Shown here piece after piece: positions 24,076 through 36,900 of a stretch of 64,000 nucleotides of DNA; within the stretch, counting starts at the first letter, position 1; each line of letters begins with the position of its first letter. The notes beneath the pieces were generated by a model that worked only from the letters and a program-made list of their open reading frames with translations, searched no databases and was not told the origin of the DNA. The stretch comes from Dipteris shenzhenensis. Its lineage: Eukaryota. Made by a program: the position numbers and the translations under genes. The stretch lies in assembly GCA_047967505.1 (NCBI GenBank), contig CM106538.1; one strand, given 5' to 3'.

Positions 24076-25590
24076 CTGAGACTTCATAGGGCTCGTAGAT
24101 GATGAGCTTATGCACCAGATTCTAGAGTATGTGTCTTTGTACTAGACACCAAGACAAACCCCCACAAAAACTGATTGAACATGGATCACACAAACTCAGA
24201 GAGAACCAAAAGACTACACAACCCGAAACATATAAACTTAGAACTGAACTTCCCCCCCAAAACTCAGAGAACAGTTAGCCTCAGAATACTATGAACCCAC
24301 AGCCCACACCCCTAAGCTTCCATCAAGAACAACAGCTCGTAATTCCCACAAAGCTGCAATAGTGCCACCTACAATCCTTCAAATGATCTAAACTAGACCA
24401 TGCATTCTCTCTGTCATGCCTGTGTGGTAGCCATGCTCAGCCAACTACAAACAGCTCGCTATCTCTGGAGGTCTCCAACGCCAAGGTCTTCTCAGCACAC
24501 ACAAGCTCACAAAACTCCTTGGTCAAAAGCGTCTCTACCCTCAGCCTTGAAACGATTGTGTGCCCTGAATACCAATCAGCTCATGTTCTCGCTGCAGCAC
24601 CTTCGTCGTCTATCTCCTTCACGTAAAGGTAGCCAACTCTACAGCTTCTCTTCCCTCACAAAGCACTCGGAACTCACGGCCCTCTCCAAACAAACTGTCC
24701 GTGAAGTAGCGACACCCTTTCACAAAAAAAACTCCAGCCATCGTCAGACTCCCTGTACAGGATCTTCGAGCTGCTTTCACCAAGCCACAGTATTCCTTTC
24801 CTCAGCCGGCATCCTTACGATTCCCACAAAGCAGTCATCTACCAAACCACTTCTGATAAACACCTCCAACAAGAGCCACGGCCTCTCAGTTCATGGAGCT
24901 CACAGACTTTCATCAAGGTTCACACACTACAATAGCTTCCTCCTCATGGAACACACACGTCGCCATGGTCTCCGGCTTTCCTGTAGAGACCCCCCCAGTG
25001 CAACGTAGATCCTTCCAGTGTCAACCCGATCAGCTCCCAGCCGCCATCTTCATGTAGCTCCACTCGTCAGCCAGAGCATCCCAATTCTCGATCACGTAGC
25101 CACCTTGCATGTGCACGTTCCCTTCCATATTTTCCAGCCACGTCATCATGTGGAATTTACCACTCCCATAAAAAAAATGCAAATACCCCCCAAGGCACAT
25201 TAAATGCACATTTTGGACCTTTGGTCACACAATTCCCACACACATTAGCATGCACATTAAGACTTGCATGCACCCCCATAAACCCACATGAAAAGCCCCT
25301 TGGCATGGGCACCAAAACATATCAAATTCCCGTAACATGCAAGACCGTGTTGACTCAGGAAAATATTAAAAAACCCTTCATGACTTAACTTTACATGACC
25401 CCAAAAACATTTCACTTGACCACACATTGGACACCCTTGGTCTGGAAGTTTGGTACAACCACATTGCATTTCATCATTTCCCATGAAGTCCCTGCAAAAC
25501 ATACTTTATTGTCTCAAAAAACTATACATCAGTCCATCGTGCTTGTGAAAGAAAAATCCACAAATGCCAAAAGCCCACACCTACCCTAGA

Positions 25591-26560
25591 TGTGTACAAC
25601 TATGTGCCTACCCATAGCTATATACAGTGGTCAACAACTTGATACAGGTTTTGTCCTATCAACGTTTCATATTGGGAGTTATCCCATATACATTTGGTAC
25701 TTAGTGTGTGTGTGCCTATCCTATAAAGGCATTGTACTTGTCACTTGTCAAATCACTCAACCCATTTAAATACAAGCTACTTTGGTCTACATGTGAGTAC
25801 TTGTTCATTGCTTTCATTTCCTTTCCATTTTATTTCCATTTCATTATGTTTGCTATCTTTCCTTTTTCGTTCCTAGTGTTAGCTTGCTTCTCTCCCTACC
25901 ACTATGTTCCTTCATGTGGTATCAGAGCCATGTTCCTAGCCTTGTCTCTCCTTCCCTTTCCAATAGGTTGAGGTGAGGGAGGCCAATGAAGCTACCCACC
26001 CACCATACCAGTTGCTCTGTTTCCTTTTCGTTCCTAGTGTTAGCTTGCATTTTGCATTTTTTGCATTCTGCATTGGTGTGGATGCTCGTTTTAGTAGCTT
26101 CAACCTCACAGTTTGTTTGTACCAGGATTTTCACAGTCTCATAGACCCATTGGTCTTCCGAAGACTTTAATAAACTTCCTTTCTTTCTTTCTCCCTACCA
26201 CTATGTTCGTTCACGGCCACTACCAAGATGACTGTACACAACCGTTCGGGGGGATCCTATTGTACACAATGCAACACAAACTACCACTACGCCAGAGATT
26301 GTCCCAATGGCAGAGGGGAACCAACATCTCAAGTCAACATGGTTGACGTAGTAGTGGTGAGGGAGGGTGACAAACCCCATTTGATTGGTGCAGTGTTGGG
26401 AGCTGTGACAAGGTCACAAACGAAAGGTGAAATAGTATGGATGACTCAACACCAACACCAGAGGCCTCATCACCGGCCAGTACCAACTCAATCAAGAGGT
26501 GTATCCGCACCTCTTTCCTCCAAGGTGGACAGTGGGTGCAGAAATGCATCACCCAGTTCA
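25591..26560 (+). mobile_element. LTR-retrotransposon remnant: probable LTR (about 25591-25914), PBS (25917-25928), gag zinc knuckle
   Basis: TG start, ...ttca then TGGTATCAGAGC; ORF 26228..26638 has YCTQCNTNYHYARDCP and AVTRSQTK. Confidence 0.7.
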
Positions 26561-27840
26561 AGTCACATGACAATAGATGTCAAACAACTGGTCACTGGTC
26601 GACCATGTCAACCAATGACAACCATGTCACTGGAGTGACGACCATGTCAACCAGTAAACGACCATGTCAACAATGACCACCATGTCAACCAATGACAACC
26701 ATGTCTACCAATGACGATCATGTCAACCAATGATAACCGTGTTAACCAGTGACAACCATAACCAGATGACAACTTGAGACAACCATGGCCACTTCTCACT
26801 TTTCTACAGAAGCAATCACATGTGACGACTGTCATCATTGCTGCATGACAACAGTGCACATGGTGGTGATAACAATGCACATTGTGGCGCAGAGGGAGAC
26901 TAGGAGTTAGAAGCGCTAGGAGACGCACATGGAGCAGTCAAACTAGCTAGAGGTGCACATGGAGGAATTAGACCAAAGGGGCTGCACATGGAGTACTTAG
27001 CCACCCACTTGGAAGAGGTTGGTAGTGGTAGGAGACATCAAGGACAAAATGGTGGAATGGCTAAGGAGACAGGAAGACAACCAATAGGAGCAAGGGAAGG
27101 AGATTTCCAACGAGAAGAAGCCAAACAGTTAAGAGGAGCTGATGAGAGGGGATTCAGGCATTCGAGCAGAGGGCATTTTGGCATTCGATCATTGAGCATG
27201 AGTGGAGAGAGCGAGGCTGGAGTCACGAACTCGCCTGGTGAATCTTTGGTGTATCTGCTATTGAGTGTATCTCCATTAAGTGTATTGGTCATTTCCATCT
27301 TATGTGCTATGCTCCCTTACATCTCTGTTTGCAGCTCTAGCACCCCTTCATTGTGTGTCCCCTTCCCTTCACTTTCCTTTAGTTGGTACGGAGGACCGTG
27401 GCTTGAGCTCATCCTTGTCCACGTTTAGGGATGGCTCTTGTGAGTGTGTTTCACTTTCGTGCTTATTATTGAAACCATTGTCCACTCGATACTCGTTTGC
27501 CCTGCACTTGCACCATCTCACAGGTACCACTGTCACTTTCACCACTGCGTGATCGATTGCACTAACGTTCATGAGGAAGACATTAGTAGTTCCGCCTCAA
27601 CATTCGTCGTGACACGCACTCTTTGCATCTCACACCAAGGGACTTACGCCTTCGGTAACACCTCCGACAATGATCGGACGTCCCCTCAGACAACGACAAG
27701 GCTTTTTCTAGGTGGCTTTTGATTCTCTGCTGGCTGCCAGCATTGCTACAGTCTAGTTATTTGGCACTTGGTTCCAACAGGATTGTTCTCACTCTTTTCA
27801 CCTTTGGGGATCGATCCGGTGTAGAGGAGAACAGACGGGT
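26560..27840 (+). mobile_element. LTR-like segment related to the LTRs at 50484 and 54823, starting with short GACCATGTCAACCA tandem repeats
   Basis: Shares ggtgcacatgga and ggtgg.atggcta.gga...caaccaatag.ag..aggga motifs with 50918-51025; repeats at 26565-26790. Boundaries approximate. Confidence 0.55.
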
Positions 27841-28068
27841 TACTTTACTCTTTATCAGATTCCCTGGTTGTCCTTAGGTTTGCCATTGACTTCTTGCCAC
27901 GATAAGAGCATACTTTCGACTGGTCATAGAGCTCCCCTATTTCCCTTTCTTGGCATTCTTGTAAGGAGAAAGAAATATCATACAGTCTGGAGATATGTGT
28001 ATTTCTTTCTTATTCCAGTAATATTTAGAAGACGCATTTGTAATATTTAATTGTTTTTTTGCTCTCAG

Positions 28069-28131
28069 TTGAAACAAAGTGAGCAAGCTTTACAAGCTGC
28101 CCAGGAGCAACAATGCAGTCTCACTAAGCAG
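28069..28131 (+). CDS. Host gene internal exon D: LKQSEQALQAAQEQQCSLTKQ
   Basis: Acceptor ttgtttttttgctctcag, donor CAG/gtaaga; 63 nt, phase 0 to 0. Confidence 0.9.
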
Positions 28132-28263
28132 GTAAGAAATTTGTGTGTGATATAGGCATGCAAACAGAGACCTTATCATCATGAGCTTAAACCTACCTCT
28201 AAGATAAGATTAATATCTTTGGTTTTCTCACTATTTGTATATGTGGAATAACTTTCAGTACAG

Positions 28264-28341
28264 CTGGAGATTGACAGATTAAAGTTCCTAGAAGAGATTT
28301 CCGCTGAGATTGAAGATACTGTGAAGGCAAGTTTGAGCAAG
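28264..28341 (+). CDS. Host gene internal exon E: LEIDRLKFLEEISAEIEDTVKASLSK
   Basis: Acceptor ctttcagtacag, donor AAG/gtatgg; 78 nt, phase 0 to 0. Confidence 0.85.
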
Positions 28342-28459
28342 GTATGGCCAGTCTGTTAATTGGTATTCATAGAAATGACTTATGCCATTGCATAGAACGT
28401 TTAAGTAAGTTATTATTATGCTCTTTCTTTGGGGAATTTTAATTCTTCTAGAGCCTCAG

Positions 28460-28584
28460 GCGGAAGCTTGTGAAACGGAGCTGCACAGTCTGCAAAAGGA
28501 TCATGAAAAGAAAAAGAAAGAATGGCAAGATAAGATCCAAGAAGCAAGAGAGAGCCTAAATCAAACCACTGCAATAAAACAAAG
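28460..28584 (+). CDS. Host gene internal exon F: AEACETELHSLQKDHEKKKKEWQDKIQEARESLNQTTAIKQ(R)
   Basis: Lies within ORF 28418..28663; acceptor cctcag. Donor most likely AG/gccagt (GC, phase 2); alternative GT donor after 28588. Confidence 0.8.
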
Positions 28585-29044
28585 GCCAGTTAGTCCATTC
28601 CTCAATCCCAGTTTACTTGGTGATTATTACGTCTTTCTGAATTATAGAAGGGATGAACGATAGAAAATGGACACTGGTATTATGATCACAAAGTTAAAAG
28701 ACAGATCGACATAATGTGTTGGTAATTTACTCCTAAGGCCTCACTCATTAGTACCTTGCAAGCACACATGGAATTGCTTCTTAACAAGAGCAAGCAGCTA
28801 TATTTGCAGCTTGAACTGTTCATCTTAGAAGAAAAGGCATGTGTACCTTGCTACTTTCTCTCTTCCTTTGTGATGTGTTGACAAATAGGGTAGCAGGTTT
28901 ACTCAGGGTTATATAAATCTCTGTTTTATCATTTGTGGAATAAATATTTGCCTCATTCTAGATATTGCCAATGAAATCACTATAGACTTGCAAAATATTC
29001 AAGTACAGCAATCTCTAATTTTTTGGTAAGTTTCAAACTCATAG

Positions 29045-29192
29045 ATTTAAAAAACAACGTTGCAGACTTAAAGAACTAGAAGATGAGAGACTACAAATTT
29101 TAGCGAGACTGGATGCAGAGAGCAAGAAAAAGGAGGATGCTGTGGCTGAGATTCATACACTTTATGATAATATGAATAAACTAAATGAGCAG
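29045..29192 (+). CDS. Host gene internal exon G: FKKQRCRLKELEDERLQILARLDAESKKKEDAVAEIHTLYDNMNKLNEQ
   Basis: Branch-like ctctaat at 29013-29019, acceptor ctcatag (alternative tgcag at 29065, same phase), donor CAG/gtaatg; open heptad-like frame. Confidence 0.82.
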
Positions 29193-30070
29193 GTAATGTA
29201 ACCCTAAATGATGCCATACCTTTAACTTCACAATTCAGAGCTTTTCAATTTGAGTTTGGTACCCTGTTTATAACTCACGCCTGGCTCTCTGTAGCAAAGT
29301 TTCAATAATCCTGCATTTGTATTTATTTATAAACCTATTTTGGCATCAACTCCGATTGAGTTTGAATGAACTATCTTGTATCATACTAGTGTTATGTAAA
29401 ATCATCCTTTTCAGCATCAAAGCATCTGATTCAATATACGAGTCCCTTTCTCCTTGACAAACGATGTTAGAATTAAGACTCCTGAGCTGATAAATTATTG
29501 TTTTTACTTGTTCGTTTGTTTTCTTTCGAGAAGGAAGATCCTGAAAAAGTCTTACTTTTTCTACTATTCACCTCCCTTTTTCTGGTTGCCTTCTTCTCAG
29601 CTTCTTTTTATTGTCCTCTAGTTATATAGAACTACAAGACCAAGGGCTTCATGTAATTTTCATAGCAGCTTCTCCTTAAAAAAAGGAGTTGTTCCTACAA
29701 TTGCAAAGGATTAAAAAATGTATGAATTAGTGAAACAGGGAGGCGGGGAAGGGTGGTAAGGCAATGAAAGAGGGGGGCGGGGTGTTGTAGAGATGTCTCT
29801 CTATTTCATCTTTTCACCTAGGAAATTTGTTGAATTTTTCCATTGAAAAATCAAGGAATCTTCAATTAGGTTTCTCTTATAGGTCAAGTTATGTGTATGG
29901 AATAAGTTGTCGAGAAGGGCCCTTATAATAGGTCGATGACAAGTACTGACAAGAAAATTAATGGAGGAATTACGTGAGTACCAATATGTCCCCATTCTAG
30001 ATTGATGATGAAGGGTCTTCCTCCTCCGTCTAAGATGCTCTGCAGTCACTACCTAGTACCTAGGCCCTTG

Positions 30071-33000
30071 TGTAGGACATTTTACAAACACATGAATATG
30101 TAGGACATAGAATAGTTTTCATTATTTTTCTATGTACTAGTGCCTGGGTATAAACACCAATGCATGTACTTTTATTTCCAACTAAGTACAAATGATTTCC
30201 TTCTCTCCTACGAGATAGGGCCCCCCAGTCGATGAAAACAAGCTATTAATTAATTAGTTGTGCGAGGCGGGAGGTGCAATGCCAGATTAACCTAAGGCAC
30301 TCCGGCGAATAATTTAGCGACAAACTATCTAGAAGGTTCAAAAAGGAAAATGCTTGAAAATGCGCGAAAGTCTAGACGTTTCGTGCTTGCCGCCTCAGCG
30401 AAGCATATATGAGGGGGAGAAGGAAGGAAGGGGGAGGCAGACTTGAGGGAGGGGGAGGGACAGAGGGAGAGGCTGAGTGGAGGGGAGAGGCTGCGAGAGG
30501 GAGGGCGGAGGGGAAGCTGAACCAGTGAGGCGAGGGGGAGAGGGAGAGGCTGGAAAGGGGGGAGGGAGAGGCTGGAAGTGAGGCGACGGGGAGAGAGTGG
30601 GGCTGAGAGGGAGAGGCGTGGAGGCTGAGAGGGAGAGGTTGGAGGGGGAAGGAGGGAGTGAGTAGAGGAGGAGTAGGGACGGAGCAGCAGAGTTAGGTTA
30701 ATGAGCCATTAATCGGAAATTGAGGGGCGCAAACTTCGGTTAATGCGTGAACATAAAACAAGCTTGATAAATTAATTGATAAGTGCGTAGGAGCGATTAG
30801 TTTAGTAGGAGTAGCGAATGTGCTGCACTCACCTCTCGCTCTTGCACCTACATTTAGTATCAGAGCATGTTGCTCTGTAGGGGTGGAGTGTATCGCCCAT
30901 GTCGCTTGTTGTTGCTGCGTAGATACTTGCTTGCGATTGGTGTTTGTTGCTTGGCTGCTTGTTGGAGATCGCTCGAATGGATGTTACTCTACAAGCGGGT
31001 CGCTTGAACTTCTATGCTGCGCTGAACTCTTGGAGCTAACGAGAGCTAAGCTCTCAAACTCCCTTGTTGCTTTGGATACTCATAGAGGCTGTGCCTCTTC
31101 CCCACAATGGTAACATGAAGCTTGCATAGAGATCAAGTGCTCAGACTTGTGCAAGTCATAATCTTGCCTTGGTCGTTACAGTCTGACTTGTTGCTTGTCT
31201 ACTTTGAAACCAGCCAGCTCATCTGCAACCCAAAACCATCTAGTTCGCCTTGCAAGCATCTCATCGGCAAAGCGACCTGTCTACCACAACTCATCTAAGA
31301 CTCGATCGAACCACTTACAGCTCGACTTGTTGCTTGTCCAGCTTGAAACTAGCTAGCTCGCCTGCAGCCCAAAATGATCTAGATTGCCTTGCAAGCATCT
31401 CTTTGGCGAAGCAACTCGTCTACAACAGCTCGTCTCAAATTCGAGTGAACCACTCACATGTCCATTACTAGTAGTTTGAAATCTGCCTTGCGAGCCTGTC
31501 TCCACGCTCGCATGTGCCTCAGGGGTAGCCTCAACTTGTTGTCATCCACAGCCAACATCACACACCAATCTGCCTCAACAAACCATAATAAGTAGGGCTG
31601 ACACATGGCAGGACTAACATGCATAGACACATAGCAGGGCTAACATGGGAGTGGCAGGGCTGCTGCGTGGCAGGTGATGCGACCTAATTGGGAGTAGTTA
31701 ACCTATCCTAAGTGAGGCTAGCTGACTCTAGCTATTCCAACTTAACTAGACTACAAAGAGTTGGTTTAGTTAGTTGGAAATCCACCCTTAGCAAAATTTC
31801 TAAGCATCCAATGTCATCTTGACTCTAGGAGTCATTCAAAGGTCATCTTTGAAGTAGACTTCTCGGCGTTCCTCTACTACGTCAGTATAATCAACGGCTA
31901 CGATCAGAGGACAAACATCCAATCAATGAGTCTTGACATTGAAGGTCATTAGCCTCGTGAGAAATAATTACAAAAACGCTCAATTGGCACCTATGTAAGT
32001 CTGTTGTACACTATCCAAAAGGATCGGAACTCCATTTTTAGGGTAGTTTTGGTATCCATCGCCAACCAAAACAGGTACTTTTGCCTCGTAGACATGTTGA
32101 GAAAATATGTTCAGCCTGTTGTACACAGAGGAAAAACAATCCCGAGATGACAAAAGGGTTCAAGATACCTTAACTTGGCAAGACCACCAAAAGGCTAAAT
32201 TGGGTCAAAGATGCATTAATGAGCATATTGATGCAAGCTCAAGTGAGCCTACATGTTTTGATGATGCCATGAGCAATTCATCATGGATGAATGCAATGGA
32301 ATCAGAAATGAGATTGATTTGGAAGAAAGACACGGGACCTTGTAGATCTTCCAATGGGAAGGTCCATGATTGGCACCAAATGGGTGTACATGATCAAATA
32401 CCATGCCAATGGTGAAGTGGAAAAGTATAAAGCAAGACTTGTAGCACTAGGCTATGATGAGTATAATATCATCCACTTATGAAAATGAGGATGATAATTT
32501 TGCCCTATTCTTGTAGAACATGCAAATTTGGCTGGATAGTTAAAAACTGTGTATCTATTGATACCATGCCTGTGGGGCGTGCTTTAGACCATACAAGGCA
32601 TTCTTGAGCTTGCATACTTTTTTGACCTGCCCATCAACAGCAAAACCAGGTGCCTGCTTCACATAGACCTTTTCTTTAAGGTCTCCATTCAAGAAAGTAC
32701 TTCCCATCCATCTGGTACACTGACCATCCATGAATTGCAGCAAGAGAAACAACACAACATATTGTCTACATTTTAGCAACGGGAGCAAATGTTTGCTCAT
32801 AGTCAACTCCTTCCTCTTGTGGGGCAATAATGAGCTGAAAATTTATGTGGTAAAACCAATGCTTTTCTCTCAGTTTGAGATGATTGCTGTTTGGTTTGGA
32901 GTTTGACAAAATCAACGAGGAATCTCCATTTCTGGATCCAAGTATGCCTTGAATATATTGCAGAAATTCAAAATGCAGGACAGCAAACCAATGTCCACTC

Positions 33001-33966
33001 CTACGGACATGGGGCTCAAACTTAGCAAAGATGATGATGCAAAAAAGTTTGATGGCACTCTTTACAGGAAGTTTGTGGGAAGTCTCATTTACCTCTTCTC
33101 TAGGAGGCTTGACATTGCATTGTCCCACTATTACACATTGGAATGCAGCCAGGAGAGTTCTCTGATGTGTGTGTGGCACTTTATCTTGTTGTTTGCATTA
33201 GGCTAGAGGGAATCATGTGGATATTCATGGGTTTAAAGATTTTTATTGGGCAGGGGACATTGATGACTGCAGATCTAATCTAGGTATAGTTAAGAAGCAG
33301 CCTCTCTTTCATCTAGCGAAGCTGGAGCAAATGCAGCTGAATGTACGTGATTAAGGAAGCTTTTGTAATGATTTACAGCATTCCCATGAGGGTGTCCCTA
33401 CTCCCATACACTGTGATAGCCATTCATGCAGCGCCATTGCACACAACCAGTGCTCCACACTCACATGAAATACATTGAAAATCACTATCACGGATTGTAT
33501 TGATGATGGTTCATTCAGCTGGTTTACTGTCCCATGGAGGATAATTTGGCGGTCATATTCACAAAAGCTCTCTTCGTAGAGTCATTCATATGCTTCAAAG
33601 ATGTCTTAAGCATGAGGGATGCCAGACAATGTCAATGGGGATTGTCACATGACATTGTTTTCTCTTCTACGTACTCCCCATAGGTTCCTATACCCTGTTG
33701 GGACAAATTTGTGCAACCATGGTGTTTAGGTACACTGTTACTTTTGAGATGTCTCCAAAGTACTTCACCCATGTCATTGAGTGGGGATTTCAAGGAATTT
33801 TACAAAGACATGGATATGTAGGACATAGGATACTTTTTCTTATTTTTCTATGGACTAGTGCTTGGGTATAAATACCAGTGCATGCATTTTTATTTCCAAC
33901 TAAGTACAATTAGGTCTTTGGTCTCATACGGATGTGTTGCACTCCCCTCTTGCTCTTGCACCCACA
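30071..33966 (+). mobile_element. Old, internally deleted Ty1/copia LTR retrotransposon with short (~180 bp) LTRs
   Basis: 5' LTR 30071-30852 (split by an insert), degenerate PBS tagtatcagagc 30855-30866, RT remnants (EPTCFDDAM, KYKARLVALGY, FAPVAKM, LYGLK.AP.AWY), RNase H remnant 33240-33620, PPT gagtgggga, 3' LTR about 33789-33966, TSD CCTTG at 30066-30070 and 33967-33971. Confidence 0.9.
30211..30814 (-). mobile_element. 604-bp non-coding insertion in the 5' LTR, possibly Helitron-like
   Basis: Absent from the 3' LTR (ctcata/cggatgtg versus ctccta[insert]cgaatgtg). No clear TIR. Minus strand starts CTACTCCTACTAAAC and ends GGGCCCTATCTCG before a T; purine-rich core. Confidence 0.45.
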
Positions 33967-36900
33967 CCTTGTGGAGCATAGCCTATCTTCCTTGGATTGC
34001 ACTTCTTCTTCTTCATACCTCGGTACCACACCTTTAGGGTAGACGACATGGAGACAAAACATCAGTTTCCAATGATGCTATGCTTTATGGGCTTTGGAAT
34101 ATGGACCCATTCTATCTTTCATCAGGGCTTGCTTCAAAACCATGTTGGAGTCCTCGCCCATAGTAGCCTCGGTCCTTGCGGACGATGGTACTCAGGGTGA
34201 TTGCAAAAATCCTAGAGTCTTTGCTTGAGGAGATTCTTCATGAGACCCTAGATGGTGGCGAGTTTAGAAAGAAGAAAGAAGGAAATAAAGTTTCATAAAG
34301 TCTTCGGAAGACCAATGGAGGGGTGGAGCTCAGCCGGTGCCAACCAGGTCCGGAATGTAGCTGTAGAAGACCCTTCCTTATGACCTGGTTGACGGTTGAC
34401 CTCATCATATTGGAGTGGGGAGAATAGCACATCAATGCTGTACTGGAAAGGAGGAAGTCTATGCATATGTAACCTTAGTCGCTCAAACCACCCCACTGTG
34501 TGCACATACCAGCATCTCTGGTCACCTCTCGCTGATAGCGCCATGGAGGAGGATAATGCTAACCATGGTAGTCTACTGCGTCCAGAAGTGCGATCTCCGT
34601 ATGACGTGAGACAGAAACCTTATGGAATCAGCTCGAGCCATGATGAAAATGGCCGGTCTTTCAAATTCCTATTGGGAGGAGGCAGTCTCTACAGCTCTAT
34701 AAAACTAGGTAATGACTTGAAAAGCCATATCAACCTGCAATGGTGAAGATCAAACTGAGCCTGAATGATCTGGTGAGGGATTGACGGCTTACTGCGAATC
34801 ATCCGTGATAGCATAAAAACCTGTAGTCGCTGCACACATGCCCACTCCGTATCTGACAAGTCTGGCCCCCAACAAGGGCTGCAATACATCTTTTCCGATC
34901 AAACCAAAGAGTCAAACAGTAGATATTTGGTGCGAGGGTCCTGAAAATGTGAACGGAAGCACTACCTCAGTCTGGCTAACAAGGCATACCCTCTGCTCAG
35001 GCGAGCTTGCATCGTCGGTTTCATGGTGAAATCTGAGGCCTCCCAGAGTATAGCCCCTCTAGAGAAAAAACGCACCCTCCCCTTCACCACCTCCCGCTGC
35101 CCCTTTGGCACAGCTAATGATCACCCTCACCATCCACCCTCCAATCATTCCATTTTTGCCCCCGTTCCCCGCAGCTCTGACTTTGACCCCCCTTGGCAGC
35201 ATCCACCTTGCCTAGGCCTTTTGCTCACTCTACCCTCCTTTGTCTCAATTCCATCCCGCCCCTTCACCAAGCCAAGGTACGGCTCCCATAGTGCCAGCAC
35301 ATAGGAGACTCCCACCCCCTTTTTTCTCGATCTTCGGGGCCAAGGCCTTGCCCAAGGGAGGCTTCACGTCGATAAAGTTTTGGCAGTTGGGACCCATTAT
35401 CTTGATGTCTCAGACGATAACCACATTGCACTTGGAGATGTTAGTCTTGATCTTGCAGCCTCGTAAAGGGGATTCTATTGGAGCAGTTGGAAGTACTTCC
35501 CATCCTTTCTGGGGCTTTAATTTTATAGCCGTAGGAGAGGAGCAATGGAACCCCTCCTCTTTGACTTTATGATGCAAGATCAGATGTTCTACGTGATAGA
35601 GTAGTAGTTGGGCCAATAGGGTAAGGGGCTTTGGATGAACCCATGGTCATACTGCCACCTTTCAACTCACGTTCTAAAGAAAGGGGTAATAAAAAAAGGA
35701 ATGCCTTGGTTGTTAAGGCAGTTTGAAGGGGAAAAAGGTAAGGGGGAAAAACAAGAGGAAGGGACATAGGGAGATGGAAAAGGGATAAAGGAGGGATGAA
35801 AGGATGAAACAAAAGGGGAGGGGGTCAGGGGAGGTAGCCTATTGGCACCCCAAAAGGCCTATGTCAAGGGGCAGCCTGAAGGGTTTAAAAAAAAAGGTAA
35901 AGGCAAAGGGAATGCCGCCACTCAAAGGTTGTGGGTACTAAAGGGGCTGGACAAGCCCTTGGCAGGCCACTGGAAACGACTACTAGGGCTGGGACATCTC
36001 TTAGGAGTGGCAAAACATGCTAAAAATCCCTTGCAGAGATGTGGGGGAGCCGAAATGCCCTGCAAGCAGCGCTGCAGAGGTGCAAACAACAGCCCAAGTC
36101 TCTTGCAAAAGGGGGGAAGTCCATGTGCACAGACAACCCCAAATGAGAGGTCAACAAGCCAAGAATTACAATGTTAACAGATCCGTAACTCAGGCTGATG
36201 AGGGGGAGAACACAAGTGAAAAGAGAGTCTGGCCAAGAAGGGTGGGCGAGGGGGAGGAGAGGGGGCAGAAAGGAGAGAAGGGGGGGGGGGGGGGCGGGGG
36301 GGCTTGGAGCAAGTAGAGCAGGACCAATCAAGAATGCTAGAGTCCAGATTGCAGGCAGGCAGGCAGGACCAGTCTCGTATTTGCAGGACCTATGGACAGT
36401 TTGCTAGAGATTGCCCTAAAAAGAAGAAAAGACACATGAAAGCTTCTGGCGCAGCCTCTACTCAACCACAACCTTCAGCACTGTCACTAGTTGTACGTCA
36501 GGCCTGCTCTTGACGCCCCTCTATGTGTTCCAGTTAGAGTGAGAAGGGTTTCAACACTACCACATACAGACCATGTGGGACCTCCACCTTCAGATCAAGG
36601 ACCCTCTCACACTCTGGACCCTGCACATTAGGCAAGACCACCACATACAGATTAGGCAGTATCTCCCACATCCCGGACCCTTCCACTCTTGGACCTTCGG
36701 ACATTCCAGTTTTGGTTGGGCTAGTGAGGCTCCTGTGGTTGCTACTGTTTTGGCAGCCAACCCAGATAAGGATCTTGCACAGGTTGTTCATACAGAGATT
36801 TCTCCTCAGGTTGCGATTAGAGCCTCTTCAGATCCAATCTTGGATAAGACCACTGTTGGCATTCTTGCATATCCTCCTCCTAACTATGCTCCTTTGTCCG

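Larger units (their letters stand above)
29800..35030 (-). mobile_element. Decayed RTE-like LINE (29800-30070 and 33972-35030), interrupted by the copia element
   Basis: Minus frame around 34689-34960 reads FQDPRTKYLLFDSLV..YCSPCWGP...LQVFMLSRMIRSKPSIPHQIIQAQF, a post-RT pattern of non-L1 LINEs. Clade call is tentative. Confidence 0.55.

Noticed and set aside
24400-25008. 202-aa ORF on the + strand
   Set aside because: S/H/T-rich with no motif; lies antisense to the leader of the minus-strand gypsy remnant, so probably incidental.
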